This document shows positions 62,251-64,000 of a DNA stretch of 64,000 nt, in pieces. Source of the DNA: Vicugna vicugna (Eukaryota); assembly GCA_013265495.1 (NCBI GenBank), contig MU058449.1, positions 544,176-608,175 of the forward strand, written 5' to 3'. Numbering within the stretch: position 1 is the first letter of the stretch; the number at the start of each line of letters is the position of its first letter. The notes beneath the pieces are model-generated. The model saw only the letters and a list, made by a program, of their open reading frames with translations. It was not told the origin of the DNA and did not search any database. The translations under genes and the position numbers were made by a program.

Positions 62251-63097
62251 CTTGCTAGTGGTAGTTGTTGTAGTGCTCAAGGTGGTGGTCTGTGCTCAGT
62301 GACTCAGCATGTAAACATGAATGTTTACTGTAAAAGATTTATTGGAAGAAGATCCTAGATAAATCAGAGATGAAAAAATGATATACTGGTAGGAGTCATG
62401 GGTAGTGAAAATCAGTAAGAGGATGAAAAGGGTACGGAACACTGATTCCAAAGAATTAAGACCACAAAAGAAAGACTACACTGACTATCTGAAGAGCTTC
62501 ATCTAAAGACCAAGACAGCTCTACCAGAATTCAAAGACAAGGATGGCAAAGGAGGCTCTTGATTCCTTAAAAGGAGTACTATCATGAACTCTGAGGCACT
62601 CAGGAAAGGATTTTCACTTCTAAGTAATTTATTGATTAATAATTTTGCTGAATGCCTACTAAGTACTAGATGTGTTATAATAGTCAGAGGGTCAAAAGGA
62701 GCAACCTTTTTCCTTCCAAGACCCTTAGCAAAGAACACATGGAAAACAAGATCAGAAAGAGGAATGAAATGTGTGCCTGGGGTAGAAGAGAGACATGCTT
62801 TACAGATGGGTCAGTATGTTCAGCTTGTATCCTCAGCTGGACTCGGGTTAACGTTGTCTCTGTCAATTCTAGTGACATACAGTGCAGACCAAGCCTAAAC
62901 TTTCCTCACAGCAAAAAGACAGAAGCTTTGTGGCTTAAGAAGAGTGTGGAGGGATGGAGGTGGAGGAAAAGAGGGCAGTGAGAGTCTTTCTCTTCTACCT
63001 GCTATAGAAGTATCTCTCATTCAATGTTCTCTTCCACCCAGGCAGCCAGGTAGAAGGTCTATTCTCTAAAGGACTGGCCTGAGCAATCTATGCTTTT

Positions 63098-63788
63098 TTT
63101 AAATTGAAGTATATTTGATTTACAGTGTGTGTTAATTTAGGTATCTAGGATAGGATAGATGTATAGAAGAGTGATTAAGTTATACAATATATCCTTTTCC
63201 ATTACAGGCCATTACAAGATGCTGAATATAGTTCCCTGTTCTATACAATAGACCTTGTTGTTTATCTATTTTATATTTAGTAGTTAATATCTGCAAATCC
63301 CAAACTCTTAATTTATACCTTTCCTTCCTTTCTCCTTTGGTAACTTTAAGTTTGTTTTATATGTCTATGAGTTTATTTCTTTTTCATAAATAAGTTCATG
63401 TCTTTTTTTTAGATTACACAGAAAGTGATATCATATCATATTAGTCTCTCTCTGTCTGACTTATTTCACTTAGTATGATGATCTCTAGGCTCATCTATGT
63501 TGCTGCAAATAGTGTTTCATTCTTTTTTATGGCTGAGTAGTATTCCACTCTGTATATATACCACAGCTTCTTTACCCAATCATCTGTCGATGGACATTTA
63601 AGTTGCTTCCATATCTTGGCTATTGTAAATAGTGCTGCTATGAACACTGGAGTGCATGCATCTTTTCAAATTAGCATTCTTTCCAGATACATGCCCAGAA
63701 GTGGGATTTCTGGCTCATATGGTAAGTCTATTTTTAGTTTTTTAAGGAATATCCATACTGTTTTCCATAGTGTCTGCACCAAGTTACT
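63098..63788 (-). mobile_element. 5'-truncated L1 (~690 bp) with 14-bp TSD
   Basis: ORF2 C-terminus and 3' UTR. TSD caatctatgctttt (63084-63097) / caacctatactttt (63789-63802), two mismatches. Confidence 0.88.
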
Positions 63789-64000
63789 CAACCTATACTT
63801 TTAAAGTGTCTTAGCTTCAGGCTGAAGCCGAGTTCTGGCTCCTTGGATTTGTCCTCTGTAGGAGCCATGGGCTAGTCTCTCACTTGAAGAAGGCATATAT
63901 TTGCTATTTGCCTTGAGCTGGGACTTAGAAGGGAAGGGTAAAATTTTAAGGGGCTTTTGTTGCTTCTCTAATTAGCCTTTGGTAAAATAACATACTCTCC

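Noticed and set aside
1..64000. Possible host gene (the human syntenic ORs are, as I recall, inside long 5' introns of MMP26 transcripts)
   Set aside because: No metalloproteinase coding exon is recognisable in this window, so it cannot be supported from the sequence.

Overview
AT-rich mammalian genomic DNA containing part of a class I olfactory receptor (OR51 family) cluster. There are eight OR51 loci. Four look intact: OR51G1 (+), OR51G2 (+), OR51A7 (-) and OR51T1 (-). One OR51A2/A4-like ORF is full length but carries a hidden C-terminal frameshift deletion. Three are pseudogenes: two OR51A-like (+) and one OR51H-like (-). Order and orientation match my recollection of the reversed human 11p15.4 run OR51A4-A3P-G1-G2-A7-A6P-T1-H2P. 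Two tRNA-derived SINEs resembling the camelid Vic SINE suggest a camel, alpaca or llama genome. Intergenic DNA is L1, L2, MIR, MaLR/ERV LTR and MER DNA-transposon debris, and several insertions have readable target-site duplications. Candidate non-coding 5' exons and O/E (EBF) plus homeodomain promoter motifs lie upstream of most ORs. I found no convincing novel biological system. The best leads are the cryptic decay of the OR51A genes, a CpG-rich solo LTR with a tandem U3 repeat and no TSD upstream of OR51G2, a poly(A)-only insertion, and the predicted OR promoters and exons. Gene and repeat names come from recalled sequences, not database searches.
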